Assembly (NCBI GenBank): GCA_002633005.1
Contig: NMRA01000048.1
Span: forward strand, 812,416 to 876,415
Direction of reading: 5' to 3'
DNA: 64,000 bases
Origin: Phoronis australis
Lineage: Eukaryota > Animalia > Phoronida
A program made the translations under genes and the position numbers. The stretch's first letter is position 1. Each line of letters opens with the position of its first letter. The notes beneath the pieces are model-generated. The model saw only the letters and a list, made by a program, of their open reading frames with translations, was not told the origin of the DNA and made no database searches. Positions 52,427-64,000 of this stretch are shown piece after piece.

Positions 52427-53506
52427 TACAACGTTCTTAGATGAATGAACAAGAGTGTGTGGTAGTATAGTAGTCACTTATAAATTTTTGTACTGCTCAA
52501 ATACTCAGTGCCCATCCGTGATCACAAAAATTATTATACCGTACAAAAGCTCGCCCAAACTTTCGTCCCGTAACCATACACGTGAACAAATCTATCTGAT
52601 GTCGAATCTCAAAGGTGTTGTCAACAGGGCTGCTGTTAACCGTTGTAATGCTCATGCCCAGTGGAAGCCTCGTGCCACACCGCTATAAGACTAAAAGAGT
52701 CGCCACTCTGTTTCTATGAATTAGGTGTCGACCAGTTGTAGAAAAAAGAAACGTGACTGTCTCTTCAATACCGCCGTACGTATTAACGAGTGCAACGCAT
52801 GGGTTCTCAGAAGAACACGTTAGCGTTCCACGGAAATGAAAGTCTGCGCTTTAGCGATTGGGGAAATGCTGCAATATATGAATTTGACATTTTTTGATAT
52901 ATACCGTTCAATTTCTCATACTCGCTCATGGATGGATTTAATTTCCTAGTGGGAATATTAAAATGCAAAGTTAACAACTCTATAACCGCATATACGCAAA
53001 TGCCACACTGTGGGTTTAGTGTATGCATAGTATCAGGTTATCTCTTCCTGATAGTATTAAGATGTCTATGGGTGTGTGCTTGTTTCAGTATGCATGCATG
53101 TATTCAGTTGATCGTTAACAGACACTTGTCTACGTTCCTTCTCCATTGTTGATCTGCGCATTGATAATTACTGAGCTCGTTGTACAACCATATTTTCACT
53201 TTCGTTCGCAACCATCGTTTGTGGTACAAAATTCGCTGACTGCCGTTGTGTTTCTATGTTCCCGCGCCCTGGTTGGGTGACTGCACCGGAACTATTCAGT
53301 TACACCGGTGTTTTGCTGCATCGCGTCGGTTTTGTTTGAATAATTAACATGGAATTCAGGCACTGGACAATACAGCAGGCTGCTTTTATTTGATTTGAAA
53401 GTTATGTGACCCAGAATCACCTATTCTAAAAACTATAACAATAGTATCAGTCCATATTGAATTTAATTCAAATACTTTATGTTTCAGTAAATCAGAGAAA
53501 GAAAGA

Positions 53507-53642
53507 ATGCCAAGGCTCGATACACTATCTACAAGCTCAGTGTGCCTTCTTGTCCTGATTGTAAATATTTTGCAAGTTGACGGAAAATCACAACCAAACA
53601 TCGTCTATGTTTTTGCAGATGATTACGGATTTAATGACATTG
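53507..53642 (+). CDS. ARSB: Arylsulfatase (ARSB/ARSI/ARSJ group), coding exon 1
   Basis: Signal-peptide-like N-terminus followed by QPNIVYVFADDYGFNDIG (metal-binding DD); donor G|gtaaat. Confidence 0.92.
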
Positions 53643-54160
53643 GTAAATGTTTGAGAAAACTCCTTCAGTATACTATAGAAAGGTTTATAGTTGCTCTTTG
53701 GTTATGGTTTGTAACTCAAGGTGAGTTTACTTACGAGAAATCATCTTTCTTCTGACGATGACTGGTGTGTTAGATCAAAAATCCAGTAAAAAGGTAAATT
53801 ACGTTTATGTTATCTTCGTTTTTGCAATGAATATTTGGCAGCTGTTAGATTGTGTACAAGAGTATGTGTCAATCCAAACTTATGAGAGGTTCCAGAGGAA
53901 ACTAGACTCGGCAAAAGTCAGTGTTCTGTTTAACACTTCTTTGATTACATGGACGGCACAGCACTGAAAAAAGTAGCAGGTTATAGCGCCCCCTTGTAGT
54001 GGCTATACAGTTTTGGTACCAGTAAAATGTCCACATACTGTGACCGCATAAAGAGTGTAACTGACTTTTACATGCAATTTTCGGTGTCTCTTTATTTGCA
54101 TTTTGTGTCAGGCTTATGTTAGGATAATATATATACACTGATTCTTCCTCCTGTTTCCAG

Positions 54161-54291
54161 GTTACCATGGAAGTGAGATCAGGACTCCAACCTTAGACAG
54201 GTTGTGTGCTGAAGGAGTGCGTCTGGAGAACTACTATGTACAGCCAATATGCACTCCATCAAGGAGTACATTTATGTCAGGTCGATATCAG
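54161..54291 (+). CDS. ARSB: Arylsulfatase exon 2
   Basis: Encodes [44 protein letters not shown] with the formylglycine motif CTPSR. Confidence 0.96.
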
Positions 54292-54479
54292 GTGTGAACT
54301 TCATTCGAAAAATTATTTGAGTCATTAGGCAACAGTCACTGTCCGTGGTCACGCCCAGTATGCGTGTACAGCTTTTGGTTCCTACTGAGAAGAAGACGGC
54401 TGTATCTCTTAAACCTTCTGTAGGATCTTTGTTTCCCTATTTTGTTTCTATGAAGTTGGCAACAGATGACGACGACTTT

Positions 54480-55200
54480 CGGACGGATGCGGCTACAACG
54501 TGCCCCTTAGTGGCAATTTTAGGTGGGTTTTTCATGTTTGCCAGTTCCTTAACGGATTTTTATGAAATTTGGCAAGTAACTTTCTATTAAAAAAGCGATG
54601 ACACCTTTTTGATTCCAGATGGATTGAACGTAATGAACGGCACCTAGTGGCCATTTTTAAAATTATTTCTGAGTCTCTTTTTGCCTTTCGTCTCCCTATC
54701 GGTCAAATCACTCTAAGGATCCTTGTAAATCCTTGGAATGTGTTAGTGGGAAGAGCATGAACGACAATAATTTTTGCGCGGCCTCGACTACTGTGGTGCC
54801 CCCCCCCCCCAGGGGAAGTTTTGTTTTTCCGCGTCCGCAGCTGTTTCTCCTAAACCCAGCCCAGCAGGATCTTTATGAAATTTGGAAAGCGCGATTCTAT
54901 GAACGTGACAAAAACGGACAGCGACGATTTTCGGTCGTATCTGACTCACTGTTTTGGCTCCTAGTGACACTTTTAGATTTTTACGTTTTCCTCTGAATCT
55001 TTGGTGCTCCTAAATGGATATTCACGAAATTTGACCAATGAATCTCTGTTGAGCAGATGATAACACACCTTCCCATTTTTGGGTGGATATAAGTTATTTT
55101 ACGCCACCTAGTGGTCATTTTTTACTATTTTGGCGTCGACCTCTTTGGGCCAAAATACTCTAAATCATTGGCATATCTGTTTCTTCCAGATTTGACCTAC
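54480..55200. repeat. Repeat with recurring internal motifs, possibly a Helentron/HINE-like non-autonomous element
   Basis: Recurrent GGAT(T/C)TTTATGAAATTTGG and C(A/C)CCTAGTGG motifs, also seen at 61890-62480. Family assignment is tentative. Confidence 0.4.
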
Positions 55201-55669
55201 TTTTTGTCCCGTTATCGCCTTTTATTGCCTTTAAGTACTTTTTTGTTACCCACCTCCAAACCGAGTGAAGTATCATGATGAAGGGTGACAAATGAGGTCG
55301 TGTTGTGAGCATTGCTGGTTTGCTTTGCACCACCTAGAGACTGCTTCAGTTTACTAGCATTGCTCCCTTTAGTGGGATTGTTTAAAGTAGCAAGCATGCC
55401 TTGTATCTGTGCTGTACGCGATGAACACCGTGGGCGCATGTCAACGATCCCCGTTTCTTGATCTTGTTCAAAACGATGTGAAAGCAGAAGTATTCAGTCG
55501 GACACAACATTGTACATGTAGGATATAAGAGCACTAATTCATGTGACAGGCAAACATTTAAGAATTGTAAATTTATTATTGTTTATTTGCTGTTATGTCA
55601 TTCCATTCACTAGTCCTGATAATGTGTTCTGTGAAAGGTATATTTCGTTTAATGATGTTCTTGTTTCAG

Positions 55670-55856
55670 ATTCACACTGGTTTACAGCATTCCATCATTT
55701 GGCCAGGGCAGAGAAATGGACTCCCTCTTGATATGCCAACAGTTGCCGACAAATTGTCTGAGTTGGGTTATGATACTCATGCCATTGGTAAATGGCATCT
55801 CGGCTTCTACGAGAAAGAATACACCCCTTGGCATCGAGGATTCCACACTTTCTATG
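55670..55856 (+). CDS. ARSB: Arylsulfatase exon 3
   Basis: Encodes [21 protein letters not shown]...[15 protein letters not shown]...RGFHTFYG (sulfatase signature 2). Confidence 0.96.
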
Positions 55857-57128
55857 GTAAAGATAAACACCGAGACTTGCTTCTACATGAAGTATTCACT
55901 CATGAACTGGGCTGCGTTCCATGGAGTTAATTTTCGCTAGAAATCTGCGACCACCTCTCTCCCGTTACTACGGGTTCTCAAGTGATCATACAGTTGTTTA
56001 TCATTGTTTGAAGGTGATGCCGGGGTGCACACATAATTTTTCAGTTGTGCTAAGTTTTAACCCATGGAATTATATATTAAGTATAAAGAAAGATGCTAAA
56101 TGTGAACGAAAATGGTGTTTGTACATTTCTAATGAAGTGATCCCTATGATATATAGTTTCACGTTTTCACATCATCTTACTTGGACTCACAGACTGTGAA
56201 TACTTTGCAAACAGCACTTTAAAGAGGCCTGGAACGTGAAAACTCGTAAAAAATAACTTTTAAACAGATCGTGACAAACTACTTACTGGGGATGCTAACG
56301 TGACAATTGTTCACTTTGAATCTTGCAAGAATTTCTAGAAAAATCATCAGATTCATTGTACTTGTTGAGACACAGACGAAATCCCAACCCTTTCATCTCA
56401 ACACAGTTTTCAAATTTTCGGCCCCTAAAATAAATACACACACATGCGTTCAAAGAATTACCCAGTAAACATTCCTCAAGTGCATTTTAGAGTATATTTG
56501 AATACAACTCTACTTTTATTACAAATTTTATACAGTTAGGTCACTTACATCAGTTGCCTTCAAGTGGGATTTGCTGTTCATTGTTTTATTTCATCAGAAG
56601 TCAAAGGTTACATTTTCCACGGAAGGGAAATGTGTTGCGTCCAATGAGATAAATTAATATATAGCTCATTGGTTACGTCTATGTCTTTCCATACCAAACA
56701 AAGGACACGTGCTTTGTCTTGTGGGAGAAAAATCGACGAAATGACAAGCAGTTGACAGATCATTTTGTTCTTGAAATTTGAAACTAAAGGAAAAGTACTT
56801 TGACATCAACAGAAATTCAAAGTCTTTATGTACAAACTGTAATAATACCTGATGAACAGTTTGACTTCCGTTTCAGTGTCAGGGAACCGCTTTGAATAAT
56901 GCAATTTACTCTGTTTTCGCGATTTATGCCAATTTAGACCATTAGACAGGTCACTGTATCATAGGGTTGTGGTTTCAGTTTATAGATTTCAAAACCATTG
57001 ACATATTTTCTTTTCTTTTTCATGAAATCACTCATTATCATTGATCCTAGTTTTAGTAGAAAAAAGGTAAAAGCTTTCAGACGCTAAATCAGATGGTAGT
57101 CTTTATACAAATATATAATATATTACAG

Positions 57129-57325
57129 GTTACCTAACCGGAAGTGAGGATTATTACAGTCATCGAAGATGCAATGACTGTCAAGTTCCACCAATGAATG
57201 GGTGGGGCTGTGCTCTTGACTTCCGAAACAACACAGAGAAGGTGGTGGATAAGAATGGCACCTACTCCACCCATGTGTTTGCCAGAAGATCTGAGGAAAT
57301 CATCTTGTCACATGATCATGATAAA
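57129..57325 (+). CDS. ARSB: Arylsulfatase exon 4
   Basis: Encodes GYLTGSEDYYSH...ALDFRNNTE..NGTYSTHVFARRSEEIILSHDHDK; ag/gt boundaries and consistent phase. Confidence 0.93.
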
Positions 57326-58058
57326 GTTTGTAATTCTATCTTTTTCACAAAATTATTCTCATGTCTTCTTTTTTCGGGGTAGTAACCTGCGTTGAATGTA
57401 CTGCTTTATGTCTGACGACTTAATCTGATGGAAACGTTTTACTCTGGTATCGGCTTAGCTTTGTCTTTGATGAGTATAAGTTAGCTTTGTGGTATCGTTT
57501 TACGTGAGCCCGTTGGCTATGTGGTGAAGAATGGGTGGGTGTCTTGATATTGATTTTTATGTAGTTTCATCACGATTATCTTGGGTCCGTTTGCCCTCTT
57601 GCCTAGGTATTACAATGCTTTGGATTTTCAATATCAGTTCAACCCTCCTACGCATTACACTGTTCTTCAAAACACAGGACTTTCAAAAATTTCAAATTTT
57701 GAATGAAGAACTTCCTAAAACAGGGCTTCTATTATCAGTTTCATGATAAAAAACAAAAGTTGCATAAAACGAAAACAAAAGATATTTAAAAAATGTAACA
57801 CCGTTTAGAGATTTTATTTGGAATATTCATGTAAAAATTGGTCATGTTATGGATAGCGTTGTTTTGCATTTAAGGTATCTTTCTTTTTGCCAAATTAAAT
57901 TTAAAAACCATGGTCACGTAACAGTTTAGTAAAAATTAAAAAAAAACAAATTTTCAGGCTCTCTGCTTTCAGAAAATATACACTTTACCGAGTTAAATTC
58001 TGTTTGTAGATACGTAGCTGAATACATACACTTAATTCTGCTTATTTTGTCCTTACAG

Positions 58059-58170
58059 CCTCTGTTCTTATACCTGGCCTTCCAAGCAGTTCACTCGCCA
58101 TTACAAGTGCCCGAGCAGTACATGAAACAGTATGATTTTATCAAGGACAAGAATAGACGGATATATGCTG
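58059..58170 (+). CDS. ARSB: Arylsulfatase exon 5
   Basis: Encodes [38 protein letters not shown]. Confidence 0.95.
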
Positions 58171-58180
58171 GTGAGTTTAA

Positions 58181-59534
58181 AGGAGAAGGCAACCTTTTTA
58201 TGTCATTTTAGTAAAAATATGGTTCGTTGATTCTCTCAACATATGCTTCAGTTAATTACGGCTTCCCGTAATTTTATTTATTAGTCGTGCCCTACTCCGG
58301 AAGTGACGTTTAGGGGGTTAAAAATTTCCCGCCATTTTGTTTCTGCGTTTGAGTTTAGTGTGAGGATCTGTTCTATTGTTGTTTTCGTCCTGGTTTCCTA
58401 ACTTTGTCGTTACGACTTCTCGTCGACGACAAGCTAGGTTGTTAGAGAACTCAATTACGTTGTATTTAGGTATCGTTTAGCTTATAGTAGCCTGAAAATG
58501 GCTGGAGTCGGCGATCCATATGAAAGAGACACAGTGACGTGTTGACGAAGATTTTTTCACGAACAGTCAGTTGGTGTATGTTTGAGTCCGTATTTAGTGA
58601 GGCAGAATACGCACAGGCAGCTTTTGAGAGATATGAGACAGACTGAGGACAGACCTGGTCGGACGTTTTGGTCCAAATGCACGGTGTTTACTGTTAGGCC
58701 GACCTTAATAGAATGTCTATGCTGTTCCCACTGGATGATGACTTGAGCATCCAAACCGCTTACATCCCGTCGTGTGACTCCCTCGCAACACACCTGGCAC
58801 CTTCTAAATAGCTCCAATACTTTAATCAAGTCCACAATAAAGATATCAAAATTTGGCTCTCTGGACGACAAACTGTCCTCCTCACTGGGTGTCGAACTGG
58901 GCCTGTATTCACTCCCCGGCACTACTTGACATCTCTGGCTGCTTACAGACTCGGGACTGGAGACAACACCAGAACAGGGCGAATCACTGTTAGTTCCCGG
59001 AATTGAACGCTCTGGGGTACGTTCGGAGGTACAGGTGACATTAGATGACAGGGCTCCAGTCACTGTAGAGGCCACAGCTCGCGAGGATTCTCACTTCAAA
59101 AATGCACTCCTCGGGGGTGGTGACGGGGCACTGCCGGGAATCAACAGCGTTGTCAAATTCATCAATTCCGCTTGCATATCTCTGACGGCAGAAAACGCTT
59201 GCCACACACTCAGTAGTTCTCCACTGCTTTGTACGTTGCGTGGACCGGTAACGCTGCGTTCTTCACACGAACGAGCCAAATACGGCATCTTTCCGAAAGC
59301 GATGCAATGGCATACCCAAAGTGCGCGTGAGACCATAATGAGTACATCCCGGTACGCAACAACGGTACAGCGTGTTGACTGACTCGTAAACAAACGCAGA
59401 CGACGACTGACTACTTATCACAACCCAGGTAAAACAATGACTGACTCGACCGCTCACACAGTCAGACTATATGAAAACAAAATGGCGGGAAATTCTTAAC
59501 CCCTAAACCTAACTTTCGGAGTAAGGCTCTACTA
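58181..59534. mobile_element. Kolobok-like DNA transposon deletion derivative in arylsulfatase intron 5
   Basis: TTAA|AGG left end; ~60-bp imperfect inverted repeats at 58282-58343 and 59472-59534. The - strand has a THAP relic (CCVPGC..LHRF..VCGKRF..PGSAPS) and FIVDLIKVLELFRRCQVC; the + strand has KolX-like MFE....RPGRTFWSKC...PTLIECLCC. Confidence 0.7.
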
Positions 59535-59672
59535 AGGTCATTTGAGGATTGTGTCCTCCTATCACCGTGAAGCAGACGACACAACAGGGGTGATACAGAC
59601 TATAGTTACTGGCTCACAGAGTTATAACTAAGCTGTTGACTCCAAACGAATAACTTGACACATCTTTTTCAG

Positions 59673-59768
59673 GAATGGTATCTGCTTTGGATGAAGCCAT
59701 ATCTAATGTTACTGAAGCTCTAAAGAAAGCTGGCCTGTGGAATAACACAGTTTTTGTGTTCTCAACGG
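59673..59768 (+). CDS. ARSB: Arylsulfatase exon 6
   Basis: Encodes [32 protein letters not shown](D). Confidence 0.95.
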
Positions 59769-60019
59769 GTAATTAAGAAACAATTGGAAAAGATATCAAT
59801 TATGTTTTTATGAGATTAACTACTTTGGTACAGGTGTTCAAAGTTTCATGTTAGTCAGTTTTCCTTTTTATTGAGAAATTTGACGAAATAAAGTTTCAGT
59901 TTTCCACCAATATTGTGTTAGAATTTGAAAAATGTTTAATTCACTTTGCTTGTTAATGCAAAGTCCCATAAATCAACGGTGTATAACCGGTACATTTAAG
60001 ATATTTTTTCTCTTTCTAG

Positions 60020-60142
60020 ACAACGGAGGACAGATTCATGAGGGAGGCAATAACTGGCCCCTTAGGGGATGGAAGGCGAGTCTTTGGGAGGGAGGCGTCC
60101 GGGGACCTGGCTTTGTGACCAGTCCCTTGCTTAATAAAAAAG
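60020..60142 (+). CDS. ARSB: Arylsulfatase exon 7
   Basis: Encodes [42 protein letters not shown]. Confidence 0.96.
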
Positions 60143-60464
60143 GTAATTTTGTCTTTGAAGTAAATTTTGAAATACACTTTCGTGTGTTGCATTGTAAGAA
60201 GACAATTTTGCGTAGTAAAAGCGTGCATATTCTTTACTGTGGAGAGCTGCTTGTCACATTTCCATGGGTCCAGTCCACATAAAGTATGTCAGCGCATGTA
60301 AAAGTTATTCCGTCAGGGCCTATACCTCGTGCATGATCTTCGTGTGTTACTATGAACATGACGATAATGAGGCCGATAATTTCGGCTATTATTGTGTCGC
60401 CTAGCGTGAATTATAGTGTTTTACGGTAGGAGGCACAGAACAGTTCTCACAAGGGTTTAACTGA

Positions 60465-61020
60465 ACACACGTCAATGGACACTTCACCCTTTCTTCACTC
60501 TGTCAAAAAACTGCATGCAAATAAAGAAAAGTTTTTAGTCATTTTACATCACAATCCCTACAGATAAGCACAGAAACTTTATTCTTTCTTGTATTTTTTA
60601 CCCTTTCACTCCGCTGAAAACCAAGCTAGACTAAGAAAAATAGGGGCAAAAATGCAAAATTACCACTTTTCACGAGAAAACCACCACTTCCCTGCCGATG
60701 CTCGACTAAAGCCAACATTAGATTACGAAAGCAAATTTCCTACTGATTCCAAAAATGTGGTCCAAAAGTACTGTCAACCAACTAGTAGTTTTTTTGCAGA
60801 TCTGGCTTGTTTGAGGGCTACCTGAAATGGCGGCCAATTTCTCAGTTGCTACACAGCAATGCACAAGTGGCACAAATGCAACAGGGGGCCTCCATCTTGA
60901 AGAAGAGTGCAGCTACAGCCGAGCAAGCATATTCACAAACACAAACAAACCACATTCACTGAGCCTACATGCAATGCCTACCTACAAAATGCCCCCAAAC
61001 TTGGCCTACCCCAAATTTTA
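60465..61020 (+). repeat. Interspersed repeat, copy 2 (homolog of 785-1316)
   Basis: Shares collinear blocks with 785-1316 in the same orientation. Confidence 0.8.
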
Positions 61021-61663
61021 ATATTTTGGGAGTGCAAATTGGCCGTGGCCGCAGCCTTACTGTTCAGTGCCACGCAACTGCAATATTTATCAGCCAAAAG
61101 ATAATTCTTTTCCAAGTTTGACAGAAAGGATAGTTTGCATCAAGCATGGAATATCAAACTACAATTTTCAGTTGGCTCCGTTGTGTTTTGCAATCCCTAG
61201 ATTTAACTTTGGTGTCTTAGTTCCCCTGTTTGCCGTTCTATCTTCCGCAACTTGTGAAAGATCGTCATGAAATTTGATTATTATTTTACTGTTACGTGTT
61301 CCTGTTAACGAAAGCATGGTTGGTGTTGATTTTCGGACTGATCGAGATGCTGTTATATTCCTAGCGTCAATTTTTGCATCTGTCTCAAATGTACTACGGT
61401 AAAGAATTGCTGTGCAATTAAACACCAATTACTTTTAGTGGCAAGAGCATAGCTAACTGACGTGGATTGTCACACAACTTGGACTGCTACTACGCCTCAT
61501 GGTGACAGTTTTACATTTTGCACGTGTCTCAATGTCTACCAATTTCGAAGAAATGTCGTCGTGAAATTTTACAGAGGTGTTATTATTGCGGAGAGCATAA
61601 CTGGCAATGGTTTTCGAACGAATCCGACTACAACCGTTGTTCCCTTACAGACAGCTTAGTACT

Positions 61664-61889
61664 TGCCTCAGTTATGTTGACTATTACCTGCCTCAGTTAT
61701 GTTGACTATTACCTGCCTCAGTTATGTTGACTATTACCTGCCTCAGTTATGTTGACTATTACCTGCCTCAGTTATGTTGACTATTACCTGCCTCAGTTAT
61801 GTTGACTATTACCTGCCTCAGTTATGTTGACTATTACATTCCTCAGTTATGTTGACTATTACTTGCCTCAGTTATGTTGACTATTACCT
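61664..61889. repeat. 25-bp tandem repeat, 9 copies
   Basis: Unit TGCCTCAGTTATGTTGACTATTACC. Confidence 0.95.
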
Positions 61890-63034
61890 ATCATTGTGAA
61901 ATTTGACAGATATGCTTTTACTACTTCCACACTTTGGTGGCGCTGCAAAAAGGATTGAACGTTGTGCATTGTTGTTTAGGACACGAGGGGTCGTTTTAGC
62001 ATCAATTTTATCAACGCAAACGGCGTGAAAGCACGCTAGTTCCAAACATGCAGAACCATTAGTTTGGACACAACACATCGTTTTCAAGCATACTGGCAAA
62101 TTCGTGCAAGTAGTGACGGAAACCTGACTGACATTCAATTTTAGACAATTGCGACTACCGCTACGTGGTCTAATAAATGACGGATTTAACTTTTTGTTTG
62201 TTTCAATATATGCCAAGTTTGATAAAGGGTTTTTATGAAATTTGGAAGACACGATTTTATTTAAGAGAGAACCGTACTTGCCAATTTTGGATAGTTCCGA
62301 CTTGCGTTGTGCCCTTAAACAGTAATTTCATTAGTTTTGTATCCACTTTTGTTATCTGCCAGGATTGTATTTGCCAAACCCCCTGAAAAATCGCCACGGC
62401 AAAATAGTATATGCTGTGGTTACCACAATACGCATCGATTATAGGATGGGATGACTGCTGGAGTGTCCCCTAGTGGTAATTTTTATTTTCTTCGTGATAA
62501 TCTCGATATCTACCAGTGTTGCATTTGCCAACGTTCAGATGGCTGGTACTGCTCCCCCTTAGACTCAATTCCAATTTCACTTATGTACACTCTAGTGAGT
62601 GGAAATGTTTGGACAATGATCGCTTCTTATATCTGTTCCATTTGCGAGCACACGCTGGCAAGTTGAAAGTGCTTATTTTAGTCTTACGAATACCTTTCAC
62701 AACCAATTAACAGCGCGAGCAATTTATTCGTCTTCTTTTGTTACCAGAATTAAGAAACAACACTCTGTTTATGGTTAAATTTACTGTTTATCTCCAGTTC
62801 ATGATTGTTCACCTATTCTGCATCTTCTAATATGTTACAGAGGTTTTATTGACCCGGCCCTTCAGGCTGGCTGCGTGCTATGCACATGTAATACAGTTAT
62901 GCCTGAAGTTAATTGTAAACAATAAACCAAAACTTACTGTGAATTTACTTGTTGTATTTAATTTTTGTTTCTTCGGTTACCTGTTGATTATAAAATAACG
63001 AAAGTGACGTAGTACAGGTTACCTTCTTCTACAG

Positions 63035-63155
63035 GGTACTTGAACACCAAACTAATCCACGTGTCGGACTGGTTTCCAACATTCGTCCGTCTAGCAGGTG
63101 GATCAGTGGAGGACACTCCTGGATTGGATGGCGTCGATCAGTGGGATACCATAAG
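63035..63155 (+). CDS. ARSB: Arylsulfatase exon 8 (gene continues beyond the window)
   Basis: Encodes GYLNTKLIHVSDWFPTFVRLAGGSVEDTPGLDGVDQWDTI; donor AG|gtaatg. Confidence 0.95.
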
Positions 63156-64000
63156 GTAATGATAGTAATTAACCATGGAATAATTGAAACTATAATGAAA
63201 GTGACAGTAGCATCACTATGTCGTTTGCTCGTTAACTGCCGCAGCAATCTACTTTATACACAAAACATGAATGAAGAATCTCGCATCTATTGGTATTGAC
63301 AAGCAGAAAGTATCCTTACACCTATTTACACTGATGTACTCAATCTTCACTCACTAGGTTTAGGCTAACCCATTTGATTTTTGTGTTATACCGAGTGTTG
63401 TCAACTACAGCACTGAGCATTTGTGCACCGATTCACTAATTATTCCGAGAAATTAAACGTAGAATCAGAAACTCGTAACATTTCATACAAAACTACCTTT
63501 TAGTGTCTAATAACACTGTTCTTAGAACATAATTTAAATGACCATTTTGCTTGGCCCTGGTGATCCATCTATAGATTGCCGGTCGTGTGTATACTCTCTC
63601 AGCTAATTAAATTGTACTGCTACTAGGAGAATTTTTACTCTCCAGTTTACTTTAGAACATCAAGTACAGCAATGTCGTTGACACACAGCCTTTTTAAAGT
63701 TGGTCAAATTGGAACACTTTTCTCCCGTCAACAACGCTTGTTATTGAAAATTTGACGAAGGAAATTTTTTCGTTGACTTATTGCAAATATATTTAGTCAA
63801 AATTTCCCAACGTGATAATAATTCAAAAACAACAAAATTATTGAATTTTTAGTTTAATTTCTAGTTACTGATAATTCACCCCAAAATGTCCTCCAAATAA
63901 GTTTGAACTGATTTGCCAACGACATCGAACGTTTTACACAAATTTAAAGTGATAGTATGAAACGTAGAATCTAGTCTGATACATTGTCACCACTGAAGTT

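Noticed and set aside
5400-57610. Scattered SINE/tRNA-like segments (about 5400-5500, 29000-29230, 34040-34180, 39220-39380, 57505-57610)
   Set aside because: No complete A/B box pair or cloverleaf could be verified by eye, so no tRNA or SINE is called.
58557-59457. Overlapping 100-172 aa ORFs as a nested gene
   Set aside because: They are frameshifted pieces of a Kolobok-like transposon relic, not an intact gene.

Overview
AT-rich eukaryotic DNA with GT-AG spliceosomal introns, most likely from an invertebrate animal; the species cannot be determined from the sequence. Three spliced genes lie on the + strand. (1) The HemK-family methyltransferase N6AMT1/HEMK2, coding exons 2-6 at 4081-14054; exon 1 was not found and is probably left of the window. 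(2) A 393-aa secreted or membrane protein with a sulfotransferase-like fold whose PAPS-binding motifs look destroyed (29654-38774). (3) An arylsulfatase of the ARSB/ARSI/ARSJ group, with 8 coding exons from 53507 and continuing past the window end. Introns and intergenic DNA hold many mobile-element relics: a TA-flanked 2.3-kb Tc1/mariner-type non-autonomous element with perfect TIRs, a Penelope-like fragment bracketed by two inverted hammerhead-ribozyme motifs, a third solitary hammerhead, a Kolobok deletion derivative (THAP plus KolX-like remnants), two further THAP fragments, LINE and RNase H relics, and MITEs. There are also about ten unrelated minisatellites with 19-56 bp units, including a ~70-copy perfect 25-bp array. 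Nearly all ORFs in the supplied track are spurious. All family calls come from motif recognition by eye; no searches were run.
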